Shown in pieces: positions 9,473 through 20,700 of a stretch of 64,000 bases of DNA. How positions within the stretch are numbered: the first letter of the stretch is position 1; every line of letters begins with the position of its first letter. Both the position numbers and the translations under genes were made by a program. The DNA comes from an uncultured delta proteobacterium (GTDB lineage Bacteria > Desulfobacterota > WTBG01 > CAIYCZ01), in assembly GCA_963803975.1 (NCBI GenBank), contig CAWDOY010000008.1, forward strand, positions 38,426 to 102,425. The letters are read 5' to 3'. Under the pieces are notes generated by a model. It did no database searches, had not been told where the DNA came from, and saw only the letters and a program-made list of their open reading frames with translations.

Positions 9473-9931
9473 CTACGGGTGCTGTTTGGCTGGGGGATTT
9501 ACGCTTTGCAAATCGCCACAGCTGCGGTCCGCGGGGTAGGTGCAGACTTTTAAAATCCGGAGGCTAACATCCGGGTCACTGAGTGCGGCCAGTCTTTTAT
9601 TGAGCTTCCCGGCTACTGACGCTGCCCCCTCTTGATCGGTGTCCGGCAGTAGCACGCTAATGCAGTTATTATCGAGGATGCCAATGCGATCTATCATCCG
9701 CAGCGATTGAGAGAGCTGTCTGGCTGCTGACAGCTCTAATTGTTCCGTGTGCCCGTTGCCCCCGATTACCGCGACATGCAGCAGGGAGAAGGGAGCGCCG
9801 CCCCGGTCTGAGCGCTCCCGCTCATAACGCACCAATTGCGCAAAGGTGGTGTGGTCAAGGACATTGTGCGCAGCTGCTTTGGCGTTTTTAGCACCGCCGT
9901 TTAGAGCTTTTAAATTTAGCCGTGCGTTCAT
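9473..9931 (-). CDS. degenerate GGDEF-like domain protein
   Basis: ERERSDR..FSLL, LRMIDRIG, VLLPDTDQEGA; the GG(D/E)EF motif is replaced by DNNCI. Confidence 0.6.
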   Translation of the reverse strand: MNARLNLKALNGGAKNAKAAAHNVLDHTTFAQLVRYERERSDRGGAPFSLLHVAVIGGNGHTEQLELSAARQLSQSLRMIDRIGILDNNCISVLLPDTDQEGAASVAGKLNKRLAALSDPDVSLRILKVCTYPADRSCGDLQSVNPPAKQHP

Positions 9932-10225
9932 AAAGGCTTTAATAAATTACCGATTTGTGCTTCTTTGGTATTGTCTGCTGACTGCCTGAAGTTAATAAGC
10001 AGGCAATCAGCAGGGGTTGATTATTTTTTTATCTCCTGCTAAATTAATTATCGGCAATTTATACAATTTATAAAGTATAAAAAATCAGGGGTAACACTGT
10101 CGATGGATGGTACGCGAGATTACCCTTGAGAAAATCGAGGGGAAATCGAGGGACATCCCACAATACGTGATATTAAAACTACCAACGGAGATTATTGTTA
10201 GTGGCCGTCCCTGATAAACCGGAGT

Positions 10226-11907
10226 TCAATTACCGCCGGTGGTGAAGTTCCACTGCGGCCCCGGGGTTTCATAGCCGCCGGCGTCCCGGGCGACTATTTT
10301 CCAGAAGTAGGTGGTGCGGGGAGACAGGCCGGATACTGTGCAGGCCGTTTCCGCCTGATTGCACGACACAATGTGAAACTCGATATGATGCAGCGTCATC
10401 ACGCCTGTGTAAACATCATAGGTTACCCCGTCTCCCGCGTCCGGGTCGCCGCCTTCCCAGCGCAGGGTGACAGGCACCGGATTGTCCCTGCTGCCGTTCC
10501 CGGGAGTTGGTGACGCGGGAACAAGCGGCGCGCAGTTGCCGCCGCCGGTTAAACTGATATCAACATGCACTGCCGCGCCGGGCTGTACGGCTATATCGAG
10601 CATCCAGGCAGGCGCAAAGCAGTTTTTCCGGGCATGGATCATGTACCTGCCCTGCGGTACGCACAGCTCAAAGGTGCCGTCGCTGTCCGTTTTTGCCAGG
10701 TACGACGCGGCTGTGACAAGGACTCCGGCCAGCGGTGCGGCATTGGCCGCGCTTACTATCCGGCCCGAAATACTGCCGGAGTGTTTCACACGTGTAAGAA
10801 CGTAAATTTCGTTGTCCACATCGGACACACCCTCGACAATGCCCGTGCCATAGTAAACAATAGTGGAGCCGTTTCCCGAGATAAAGGGCCGGAACCCGGA
10901 CGTCACTCCGCGAGTAAGATTCACCGGTGTCTGCCAGGTTCCCTGCACATAGTCAGCTGCATAAATATGTTCACCAACCCCGGGGACTGCTTCGGCATAG
11001 GTGATGCGCCTGCCTGTCGCGTCAATCGTCGGGTCGAATTCATAGTAGGGCCCCGTGGCAATGGGGAGCGGCGGCTGCCAGACGCCGTCTTTATTCTCAA
11101 GCAGGAATACGTCCGCCAGTGCGCCCGGCAGCACATGGGGCAGGAAAACTTTGCCGGTTGAGTAGTAAACGATCTTTGTGCCGTCGGCATTTATCGACGG
11201 CTGGCAATTCTGCGCCTGGCTAGCGGTGAGGTTGAACGGTCCCTGCCACGCGCCGGCCTGTAAGCTTAGGCTGTACATGTCCCGAAAGCCGTCTTTGTTG
11301 ACCGCGTAATAGGCGATGGTTGTGCCGTTGGCGCTGATCACCGGAAACATGTTGTTGTCGGTTTCCGCCGGCATCATGAGGGGTTCCTGCCATGCACCCG
11401 CTTTTCGCTCCATAAACCAGATGTAGCGCTTTTCTGTCGGGTCTTTCGCCTGAAAGGTGATTCTGGTGCCGTTGGCGTTCAGGGAAGGGAAATAGTGGTC
11501 GTCGGGGCCGAATGTCAGCTGTATCGGCTGCTGCCAGCTGCCGAACGCATGCTCCATGAAAAAGATTTTCCGGTCATCAACAGTCCCCCCGATATATGCT
11601 ATGGCACTGCCGTCAGCGCTGATCGCCGGCATGGTGTCAGGCGTATCATTGTCAGTGAGCCGGCGCGGCTCCTGCCATGCGCCGCCGGCAAATTCCAGGA
11701 GAACTATCTCATAATCTCCGCCCTCATCGCTTGCATACACGATTGTTCTGCCGTCGCTGCTTATCGCGGCGGTCTCGTCAGAATAGATATTGTCGGTAGC
11801 TTCACCGGGGACAGCCAGCGGCTGTCATCAGCGCACCCGGCAAGAAGGGTAAGAATAAAGAAGACAGCGGCATTCGCCGCCATCCGGCTCGTGAGGGCAG
11901 CTTTCAT
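10226..11907 (-). CDS. lipoprotein with TolB-like propeller repeats, carboxypeptidase-regulatory-like and FN3-like domains (N-terminal frameshift)
   Basis: upstream frame gives MKAALT...LLAGC lipobox; repeated PxIxAxGxxIxY; TDSDGTF; YFWKIVARD. Confidence 0.7.
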
Positions 11908-12022
11908 AAAAATGCCTCGCGGGGTTATTGGGGAATGGTTGTTTCTATTTTATCAGAACCGTACTGATGTACTGAAAATCATTTAAGTATCGTTGTTATT
12001 CCATTTTTCTATTATACAGGAA

Positions 12023-12352
12023 TTATGGTGCAAACATTTCAGCAAGGACGGACAGCACTTCATCCTGCGTCTGCTTATCAATCCTGCCAAGTTTCTTAAC
12101 AAGCCGCACCTTGTCTATCGTTCTGATCTGGTCGAGTACCACCTGACCATGCTTGCCCTTAAAAGCACAAGCTACCCGTGTCGGATAATCACGGCCCTTT
12201 GTTGTCATAGGCGCAACAATAACCGTTGCAATAAAGCGGTTCATTTCATCCGGCGATATGACGAGACATGGCCGGGCCTTGCGAATTTCGCTGCCGATGG
12301 TCGGGTCCAGATTCACCAGGAAAACATCAAAACGTGCAGCTACCATTCCCAT
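12023..12352 (-). CDS. PemK/MazF family toxin
   Basis: LDPTIGSEIRKARPCLVIS, VAPMTT, DQIRTIDK. Confidence 0.93.
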   Translation of the reverse strand: MGMVAARFDVFLVNLDPTIGSEIRKARPCLVISPDEMNRFIATVIVAPMTTKGRDYPTRVACAFKGKHGQVVLDQIRTIDKVRLVKKLGRIDKQTQDEVLSVLAEMFAP

Positions 12353-12594
12353 TCTTCCTTTTCCCACCGGGTCTGAACATGGGTTGCGCTGTCAACCGGC
12401 TTATCATCTTTGTGCTGAGCCATGAGTTTGAACTTGTCTCCCCACCCATGTCGGGGGTGCCAAGCAGAGCGAATAATGATTTGCTTATCTGACACTTCCA
12501 GCTCTACATCCTTTTCAAGACGACTTTGTTCGAGCAAAACTTTCGGGATGCGTATCCCTTGAGAGTTGCCTATTCTGATAATACTGGTCTTCAT
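12340..12594 (-). CDS. AbrB/MazE family antitoxin
   Basis: IRIGNSQGIRIPK, C-terminal EWEW, overlaps the toxin start. Confidence 0.92.
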   Translation of the reverse strand: MKTSIIRIGNSQGIRIPKVLLEQSRLEKDVELEVSDKQIIIRSAWHPRHGWGDKFKLMAQHKDDKPVDSATHVQTRWEKEEWEW

Positions 12595-12625
12595 GTTTAG
12601 TGTCCTCTGCAAAATTGCATGGATG

Positions 12626-12659
12626 ATTACATTGTAATTACATTAGTAATGTTCGTCAA
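12626..12659 (-). promoter_or_regulatory. mazEF promoter/operator
   Basis: TTGACG on the minus strand and ATTACA-t-TGTAAT palindrome upstream of the antitoxin. Confidence 0.5.
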
Positions 12660-12905
12660 GCAGTTTTATGCTCTTAAGAATGGCTGCTGATGGAGGGTAA
12701 TAAATAAAGGATCTTTCAACAGCGAGCGCTGTTGTTCACTTTGTTTTAATATGGGATGAAAGGCTTGATATAAAAAGCTGCCAATGGATTTTTATATAGT
12801 GGCCTTGTCCCCGCCCCCTTTCAGAATCTGTGTCCTGCATTACGAAATGTAAATATAATATTTGAGAGTTGAGACCAACGCCTAAAAGAATCGTGGTAAT
12901 TTTAC

Positions 12906-12959
12906 TTGACGGTCTTTGAATCTATGGGTATATATTCATATAGCTATTTAGCTATATGA
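12906..12959 (+). promoter_or_regulatory. ars promoter with ArsR/SmtB-type operator
   Basis: TTGACG-17-TATATA followed by perfect 11-2-11 inverted repeat TCATATAGCTA-tt-TAGCTATATGA. Confidence 0.7.
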
Positions 12960-13217
12960 TAGCAATTAATTTAAAACAAACCACTGAGGACATTAAACGG
13001 TGCTCGCGACTCGGGGTTCGGGATTAGGGACTTGGGAAGTCGGGGACATACTTATTTCAGATTTTAAACACAGCAGTTTTTCTCTTTGTGCTATTGCCTG
13101 ATGCCTGTTTCCTCTACTCATTACTCAGCACTCGACACTGCTTATAACGCTGTCAGCTAACAGCTTTTTTTTATTATTTCTCCGTGCCCTCTGTGGTTCA
13201 CCTTTTAGGAGTTTATT

Positions 13218-13565
13218 ATGAAAGAGATGGTCAAAGTATTCAAGGCAGTCGCGGACCCGAACCGCATCAGGATTTTGAAAATGCTGCAGCAGAAAAAAAT
13301 GTGCGTGTGCGAGCTTTCCGCGGTGCTGGGGATAACCCAGCCGAGCGTCTCACGCCACCTGAGCATGCTGCGGGATGCGGGTCTGGTGCGGGATGAGCGG
13401 GACGCCAGTGGATAAACTATGAGCTCTGCGAAGAGAAAAGTAAATCAGTATGCCCCGGTCATCATGGGCCATATCCGCAAATGGATAAACGAAGACCCGC
13501 GGATCAGCAGGGATGCTGGTATGTTAAAAACCCTTAACCGGGAAAAGCTCTGCAAAAAAATATAA
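13218..13565 (+). CDS. arsR: ArsR/SmtB regulator (two frameshifts near 13405-13440)
   Basis: FKAVADPNRIRIL, MCVCEL, SVSRHL; continues QWINYEL...LNREKLCKKI in other frames. Confidence 0.88.
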
Positions 13566-13576
13566 TTTCAAATTGA

Positions 13577-13773
13577 ATCTGGAAATCAGGAACTCCAAAG
13601 ACAAACAAAATTTCCTGATTTCACGAGTTACAGATTTCTATCTTTTCATCCCGGATAAGCTGGACACAAACCTGACCGCAAAAAAATAATAAGACTCAAA
13701 GACGAATGAATCCAAAAGCCAGTAACTCATAAATGGCAAACCAAATATTTTCCTGATTTCTTGAGTTCCAGAT
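13577..13773. repeat. short ~9-nt periodic inverted repeats
   Basis: ATCTGGAAATCAGGAACTC versus two copies of TTCCTGATTTC..GAGTT.CAGAT. Confidence 0.55.
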
Positions 13774-13795
13774 AATATCACAGGAGGGACTTATT

Positions 13796-14884
13796 ATGAC
13801 TGCATCAGTTGCAAAAAGGCTATCGTTTCTGGACCGGTTTTTAACCCTGTGGATTTTTCTTGCCATGTTCATCGGCGTTGGCTGGGGCTACCTGTTTCCA
13901 GGGGTTGTCAATTTCTGGAATCAGTTTCAGGTTGGCACAACCAACATCCCGATCGCCATCGGCCTTATCCTCATGATGTACCCGCCCCTTGCAAAAGTAA
14001 AATATGAGGAGCTTGGAGAAGTGTTCAGAAATTACAGGGTGCTGGGGCTTTCTCTCGTTCAGAACTGGGTCATCGGCCCGATATTAATGTTCATTCTGGC
14101 AATACTTTTTCTCAGCGGTTATCCCGCCTACATGCAGGGCTTAATTATGATCGGCCTTGCCCGCTGTATTGCCATGGTCATTGTCTGGAATGACCTTGCC
14201 AAAGGCGACACCGAATACTGCGCTGGACTGGTTGCTTTCAACTCCATCTTCCAGGTTCTTTTCTTTTCTGTGTATGCATATATCTTTATCACAGTGCTCC
14301 CTCCCCTGCTTGGGCTTAAAGGAACTGAAGTCAATATCACCATCGGCCAGATTGCTGAAAGCGTTTTCATTTATCTGGGCATACCATTTATTGCCGGAGT
14401 AATTACCCGCTTCGTGCTTATCAATGTAAAGGACAAGAAATGGTATCATGAAAAGTTTATCCCGAAAATCAGTCCCATTACCCTTATTGCCCTGCTGTTC
14501 ACCATACTGGTCATGTTCTCTCTCAAGGGCGAATACATTGTAAAGATTCCCTTTGATGTTGTCCGCATTGCCATACCGCTGCTTATTTATTTTGTCATCA
14601 TGTTCCTGGTGTCCTTCTATATGAGCAAAAAGGTTGGTGCCACCTATGCCCAGAGCGCGACCCTTTCCTTTACCGCTGCCAGCAACAATTTTGAGCTGGC
14701 CATTGCCGTGGCAGTTGCCGTGTTCGGCATCAACTCAGGCCAGGCATTTGCCGCAGTCATCGGTCCTCTGGTAGAAGTGCCGGTGCTCATAGGCCTGGTA
14801 AATGTGGCTCTCAGGTTTAAAGCAAAATATTTCCCATTGGCAGCAGAAACACCCGCTGGGGTCTGTCAAATTGACTGTAAATAG
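13796..14884 (+). CDS. acr3: ACR3 family arsenite efflux transporter
   Basis: [42 protein letters not shown]. Confidence 0.97.
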   Translation: MTASVAKRLSFLDRFLTLWIFLAMFIGVGWGYLFPGVVNFWNQFQVGTTNIPIAIGLILMMYPPLAKVKYEELGEVFRNYRVLGLSLVQNWVIGPILMFILAILFLSGYPAYMQGLIMIGLARCIAMVIVWNDLAKGDTEYCAGLVAFNSIFQVLFFSVYAYIFITVLPPLLGLKGTEVNITIGQIAESVFIYLGIPFIAGVITRFVLINVKDKKWYHEKFIPKISPITLIALLFTILVMFSLKGEYIVKIPFDVVRIAIPLLIYFVIMFLVSFYMSKKVGATYAQSATLSFTAASNNFELAIAVAVAVFGINSGQAFAAVIGPLVEVPVLIGLVNVALRFKAKYFPLAAETPAGVCQIDCK

Positions 14885-15034
14885 CTTTTAATGAGCCGGC
14901 GCTTTCTTGTGCAAAGGCAATTCTAACATGAAAGCGACTTCAGAGGCTGTTATTTCAAGGAAAACTGATCACGACAAAAGAAGACTACTACTCAAAAAGA
15001 ATTGGAGGCAGACAATGCATAGGAAGCATAGCCA

Positions 15035-15802
15035 GTGGAAGTTAATGTGTCGCGAAGGAAATGTCTTGGTGCCGGTCTGGCCATTGTAACTGCGGCAGCA
15101 GGAGCGGTCGGATGCAGCATGCTGCAGAAGTCTAAACCATCCGCTTCAGCCGCTGCAATTCCGTGGCCCTATGCGGAGTTTGATGTCGAGGCTGTGCGCA
15201 GGCGCGGATATGAGTACAAATATGAAAAGGCCTGTATGTACGGCGTAGCAAAAGCAATTGCAGTTACCGCAGCAGAACAGAACCCGTATCCGTGGAGCAC
15301 CTTACCGCTTGATGCCTTTTCCTATGGCCGGGGCGGAGCTTACTCATGGGGCACTTTATGTGGTGCGCTTAACGGCGGTCTGCTGGTGCTGACACTGGCC
15401 CTCGGAGACTGTCCCCAGGCTGCAGATGACCTGATGACATGGTATATGAAGACGCCGCTTCCCTCTCTGAAGCACGAGCAATACTGCCGATTCCGCAGTC
15501 AGCCGCTGGTAGTTCCGGGATCGCCGCTGTGTCATCAGTCTGTTGGCGCGTGGATAAAAACATCGGGAAAAGGCGTACATACTCCTGAACGTATCGAGCG
15601 TTGCGCAAAACTGTCGGGCGATACGGCGGCGTATGTGGCGGAAATCCTTAACCGTGCCCGTCGTGGGGGATATAAGCCGGCAGCGCTTCCCCCTGACCCT
15701 GTAAACGACTGTCTGGGATGTCATTTCGGCCCCAAGACAGACAGGGATGATACCATCTCCAAAATGCAGTGCCTCGATTGCCATGAGGATCATCGGACGT
15801 AA
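15035..15802 (+). CDS. split-Soret cytochrome c-like / C-GCAxxG-C-C protein, Tat exported, two CxxCH
   Basis: SRRKCL Tat motif, ACMYG, GTLCGALNG, SPLCHQS, ERCAKL, CLGCH, CLDCH. Confidence 0.8.
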   Translation: MEVNVSRRKCLGAGLAIVTAAAGAVGCSMLQKSKPSASAAAIPWPYAEFDVEAVRRRGYEYKYEKACMYGVAKAIAVTAAEQNPYPWSTLPLDAFSYGRGGAYSWGTLCGALNGGLLVLTLALGDCPQAADDLMTWYMKTPLPSLKHEQYCRFRSQPLVVPGSPLCHQSVGAWIKTSGKGVHTPERIERCAKLSGDTAAYVAEILNRARRGGYKPAALPPDPVNDCLGCHFGPKTDRDDTISKMQCLDCHEDHRT

Positions 15803-15875
15803 ACGTTTTTCATATGTCTGTCTAAACAGTTGCTCGTTTTCAACTTTTAAAACACTCTTTTAAAGGAAAATACCA

Positions 15876-16694
15876 ATGGACAGCAAAGACAAAATCAAAG
15901 ACATCGTTAAAGAAAAATACGCTGAGATTGCGAAGAAATCTGACGCGGGTTCTTCATGCCCCTGCTGCTGCTCGGGCGGCCCGGCAGAAGATATCTACAC
16001 AACGTTCAGCCCGGACTACTCAAAGAAAGACGGCTACGTTAAGGATGCCGACCTGGGGCTGGGCTGCGGGATACCGACAGACACCGTACATATAAAGCCG
16101 GGAGAAACGGTTATCGACCTTGGATCGGGCGCAGGAAATGATGTCTTTATCGCGCAAAGACTTGTCGGCAAAACCGGCAAAGTCATTGGCATTGATATGA
16201 CGGAAGCCATGATTGAGAAAGCACAACAGAATGCTGACAAGCTTGGCTATGAAAACGTTGAGTTCAGGCTTGGCGATATAGAACAACTGCCGGTTGATGA
16301 TAATACCGCAGATGTCGTTGTCAGCAACTGTGTCATAAACCTGGTGCCTGATAAACTCAAAGCATTTCAGGAAATTAATCGCGTGTTGAAACCTGGCGGG
16401 CGATTCGGTATTTCAGATATCGTAATCAACGGAAAGCTGCCTGCAAAAATACAATCTGCAGCAGAGATGTATGCGGGCTGTGTGGCCGGGGCGCTCAACA
16501 AAGACGCGTACATGCGCATTGTTGCCGAAGCAGGATTTGTGAGCGTTTCCATAACAAAAGAAAAAGTGTATGCCATGCCGGATGCTATTTTATTAAAGTA
16601 TCTCTCGCAGGATGAATTAAACGACTATAAGCAATCAGGAGTGCAGGTTTTATCCATCACCGTGTACGGTGAAAAACCGTGCTCAGATGCATAG
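15876..16694 (+). CDS. arsM: arsenite S-adenosylmethionine methyltransferase
   Basis: N-terminal CPCCC, LGLGCG, DLGSGAG, SNCVINL, AGCVAGA. Confidence 0.95.
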   Translation: MDSKDKIKDIVKEKYAEIAKKSDAGSSCPCCCSGGPAEDIYTTFSPDYSKKDGYVKDADLGLGCGIPTDTVHIKPGETVIDLGSGAGNDVFIAQRLVGKTGKVIGIDMTEAMIEKAQQNADKLGYENVEFRLGDIEQLPVDDNTADVVVSNCVINLVPDKLKAFQEINRVLKPGGRFGISDIVINGKLPAKIQSAAEMYAGCVAGALNKDAYMRIVAEAGFVSVSITKEKVYAMPDAILLKYLSQDELNDYKQSGVQVLSITVYGEKPCSDA

Positions 16695-16761
16695 TGTAAT
16701 GAATAGCATCCTGGATACAGAGTCGTCACAACACCGATACAGAACATTCTGAAGAGGCGCT

Positions 16762-17200
16762 ATGAAGAAAAAAATTCTCTTTCTCTGCACCGGAAACTCT
16801 GCCCGCAGCCAGATGGCGGAAGGGCTGATGCGCCATTTTCGCGGAGATGAATTTGATGTCTTCTCCGCCGGGGTGGAGCCTAAAGGGGTCCATCCACAAG
16901 CCATCGAGGCCATGCGGGAAATCGGCAGTGGATATCTCCCGGCAGCAATCAAAGCACGTGGATGACTTGCCAATAAAAGAATTTGATTACATTATAACGC
17001 TCTGTGACCACGCGGCGCAGAACTGCCCGGTGTTTTTGGGTAAAGGCGTGCGGCTTCATCACGGCTTTTCTGATCCGGCAGCAGTGCAGGGCAAAGAGCA
17101 GAACGTGTTGGAAGCATTCAGAAAAGTCCGCGATGAACTGAAACAGTTTATCCTCGCAGGTTTGATACTGACTGAACAGTATGGAATACGCACAGGATAA
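16762..17200 (+). CDS. arsC: thioredoxin-dependent arsenate reductase (frameshift near 16928)
   Basis: [34 protein letters not shown]. Confidence 0.88.
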
Positions 17201-18218
17201 GTTCGAGAAATTGTGGCTGCCCATAGGGATTTTGACCCTGGCGCTGTGGCTGACGGTTTATCTGAACCTGCAGCGCTTTGCAGAGTGGTTTGCCTACCAG
17301 TGTTTGCCGTTTGACCCGCAGTCCCGATCTGGGATCAGCAGTTGGATTTTTTATTTATGAAGCTCCCAAAGTATTGATGCTCCTCTTGCTGGTGGTGTTT
17401 GGCGTCGGCATTGTCCGCTCGTTTTTCACGCCGGAGAAAACCCGGGCACTGCTTGCGGGCCGCCGGGAATCGGCCGGCTCTGTTCTGGCAGCTTTGCTCG
17501 GGGTGGTCACGCCGTTCTGCTCGTGCTCGGCAGTGCCGCTCTTCATCGGTTTTGTGACCTCAGGGGTACCGCTCGGAGTGACCTTCTCTTTTCTGGTGTC
17601 GGCACCCATGGTCAATGAAATTGCCCTCGTGCTGCTTTTTGGCCTGTTCGGGTGGAAGATCGCACTGCTGTACATGGTCACCGGACTTGCCATTGCCATG
17701 GTATCAGGGCTGGTATCGGCAAGCTTGGAATGGAAAAATACATAGAGGACTGGGTGAATGCAGCCCGACCGGTTCAGTCCGCATGCGTGTCAGAGTCGTA
17801 CAGCCTGCAGGAGCGGATCAGCTTCGGGCTTGATGCGGTGCGCGACATTGTGGGCAAGGTCTGGCCCTATGTGCTTGCGGGCATTGCCGTGGGTGCGGGA
17901 ATTCACGGCTATGTGCCGGAAAATTTCATGGCATCCATTATGGGCAAAAGTGCCTGGTGGAGTGTGCCCGTGGCAGTGCTGATCGGCATCCCCATGTACT
18001 CAAACGCTGCGGGAATTATCCCGGTGGTGCAGGCACTGCTGGAAAAAGGGGCGGCCCTGGGAACCGTGCTCGCGTTTATGATGGCGGTCATTGGCCTGTC
18101 TTTGCCTGAAACAATCATACTGCGAAAGGTGCTTAAGATACCGCTCATCATAACCTTCATCAGCGTTGTGGGCTGCGGCATTCTTATCGTGGGGTACTTG
18201 TTTAATATAATTTTTTAA
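17181..18218 (+). CDS. arsP: ArsP/DUF318 permease (frameshifted)
   Basis: TPFCSCSAVP, SAPMVNE, IHGYVP, PMYSNAAG, LSLPE spread over three frames. Confidence 0.85.
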
Positions 18219-18417
18219 GATGCGGCTTAATGTTCAGTGCGAATCATGCCACGGCCCCGGCAGCAACCACAAAGAAAAAGGCACTATATTGCGCACTGTC
18301 GGACCGGAAGTGTGTGTAAGTTGTCATGCTGAACAACACAGCCCCCGGTTTGATTATAAGGAATATGTTCCTTTAATAACCTGTCCATCAGGCCATTGAT
18401 GAAGAAAGGGAGATGCT

Positions 18418-18717
18418 ATGAAAACAATCGAAATTTATGAGCCGCCGCTCTGCTGTCCAACTGGCGTCTGCGGACCAGCGCCCGACCCTGCGCTTGTTGC
18501 GCTGCAGGACACAATCCTGAAACTGAAAAAGGACGGATGCGTCGTGGAACGGATCGCCATAAACCAGCAGCCCGTGAGATTTATGGACAACCAGCTGGTA
18601 AAAGACATCATCACTGCGGAGGGGAAGGAGTCTTTGCCCATTACCTTGGTTGACGGCAAGCCGATGATGAAAGGGCGCTATCCAACCTATGAAGAATTGG
18701 TCAAGGAGGTGATGTAA
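18418..18717 (+). CDS. arsD: arsenite metallochaperone
   Basis: IYEPPLCCPTGVCG, LPITLVDG, GRYPT. Confidence 0.93.
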   Translation: MKTIEIYEPPLCCPTGVCGPAPDPALVALQDTILKLKKDGCVVERIAINQQPVRFMDNQLVKDIITAEGKESLPITLVDGKPMMKGRYPTYEELVKEVM

Positions 18718-18930
18718 ATGCCAACCTATGAATATACCTGTCAGCAGTGTAATACGGTTTTTGAGAAAAAGATGACCGTGAAGGAGAAAAGCAACGCGAC
18801 GATAACATGCCCTGCGTGCAACGCTGAAGATGTGCGCCAGATATTTTTTGGTGTGGGCCTCACCGGCAAAAAAACCGGCGGCGAGGATGTCTCGGAGGGT
18901 TGCTGCGGGGGCAGGCAATCATGCTGCTAA
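18718..18930 (+). CDS. FmdB-type zinc ribbon protein with Cys-rich tail
   Basis: MPTYEYTCQQC..CPAC..GCCGGRQSCC. Confidence 0.85.
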   Translation: MPTYEYTCQQCNTVFEKKMTVKEKSNATITCPACNAEDVRQIFFGVGLTGKKTGGEDVSEGCCGGRQSCC

Positions 18931-18952
18931 CTAATCCGCATGTTTCATATGC

Positions 18953-19210
18953 ATGCGTGACACGAGGAGCTATACAGCAGTGCCGCTTGACGAGAAAACA
19001 CGAGAACTGATAGCAGTCGGCGCCGCCATAGCGGGGAACTGTCTGCCGTGTCTTACCTATCATTTTAAGAAATGCAGAGAGCTTGGAATTTCTGTTGATG
19101 ACATAGACGAAGCGATAGAAACGGCAAAAACAGTAAAAGAAGTGCCGATTAAAAAAATATACGAACTGGCGTGTACATTACTGGAAAAGGAACAAAGAAG
19201 CGATGAGTAG
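18953..19210 (+). CDS. carboxymuconolactone decarboxylase/AhpD family protein
   Basis: LDEKTRELIAVGAAIAGNCLPCLTYH. Confidence 0.85.
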   Translation: MRDTRSYTAVPLDEKTRELIAVGAAIAGNCLPCLTYHFKKCRELGISVDDIDEAIETAKTVKEVPIKKIYELACTLLEKEQRSDE

Positions 19211-20588
19211 TTATATATTTTTCACCGGGAGGGCGGCGCAACCTGGGGGATTTTGAAAAACAAATAACGCCCGATCTTTTCGATGCATCGCGGCCATGCG
19301 GGACAGCTCCAGGACCGAATTTTATCTTGTTTTGAAGCCGGAAAAGACTTCATTGGCTGAGACGCTGCGCGCCCGAGACGAATTAAGCGGACTGGGTATC
19401 GGAAATTTTCGCATTACAGTAAATGGACTATTCCGGGAAGACGAAATCACGCGCAGCCGATACACCAACCTTGCCAAGCTGCAGGCGCGGTATCTTGCGT
19501 CGATTGAAGAATCCCTGCCGTATCCGACGAATAAAGTGTATCTCCAGAGCGGTGAAATCAGGGGGCTTCAAACCATTAAGGATTTTTCTAAGATTGTGTT
19601 TGAGGGGAATGGGAAAGCTATCGCCGCACATGCATACGGTTCGGCAACCTATGATAATTTTTCAGACGGCGACAGCCTGGCAAATATTATCAGCAAAAAA
19701 CGAGACACCAGAATAGTAATAATAGCCGGTAAAGGCGGGGTAGGAAAAACCGTCACTGCCTGCGCATTTGCTGCGTACTTTGCCGGCAACCGCCAGAAAA
19801 CACTTCTCGTCACAACCGACCCGGCAGCTCACATCGGACATGTGCTTGATGAGCCGATTGCGGATACGATTGCGCCGACAAAGTCACTGCCCACACTCTG
19901 GGCTGTGCGCATCGATCAGAAGAAATCGGTTGAAACCTATAAGCAGAAGATCATTGGTGATGCAATGCAAAACGGCTACTCCGATGACATGCTCCTTGCG
20001 CTGAAGGAGGAGCTGGAGTCACCCTGCACAGAGGAAATGGCTGTTTTTGAGGAATTTTCCCGTCTTGTTAACACAAACGATTTCGACTATATCGTTTTTG
20101 ACACAGCGCCGACCGGACATACCCTGCGGCTTCTTGAGCTGCCCTATGATTACGCCCGCCAGGTGGAAATGATGGTATCCATAAAAAAAGACGGGTCTTT
20201 TGCGGATGAAGCAAAAAAGAAGCTTAAAAAACTTGTCAATACGTTGAAGGATACTGATTACTGCACGTTCATGCTGGTAGTCTATCCCGAGTATACACCA
20301 ATTCATGAGGCAAAGCGTATGCTGGATGATTTGCATAGTGCGGGCATCACTGTTCAGGCGGTTATTGCCAATACCGTACTCGATGGCGGTGGCGCCTCCT
20401 CGGACTTTTTCCGCAGGAGATACGGCATGCAGCAGCATTATCTCGGAATCGCGGACAAGCTGTTTAACCTTCCCCTTTTTAAAATCACTATGTTCGATGG
20501 TGAAATCATCGGCCTTCCCATGCTGAAACAGGTTGCCGAGAGCTTATTCCAAAAGGAATGCTGCCCTTTGGGACTGGCGGCAAACTAA
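19203..20588 (+). pseudogene. arsA: arsenite-pump ATPase with most of the A1 domain missing
   Basis: MSSYIFFTG(K)GG remnant at 19203, then a jump to late A1; intact A2 GKGGVGKT, TDPAAH, SPCTEE, DTAPTGHTLRLL. Confidence 0.8.
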
Positions 20589-20700
20589 ACCCTGCGTCAT
20601 TATATCCTTGATGCAGTCATTATAACGGTGAAAGCTTTGACCGGCGAAACGGTTTCATCGGTCAAACAAAAAACAACTCAACTAACGATGGAGGTGCAAT

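Noticed and set aside
18718..18930. FmdB-type ORF as a RiPP precursor for the SPASM enzymes
   Set aside because: It is a standard zinc ribbon 7 kb away, and no peptidase or RRE is evident
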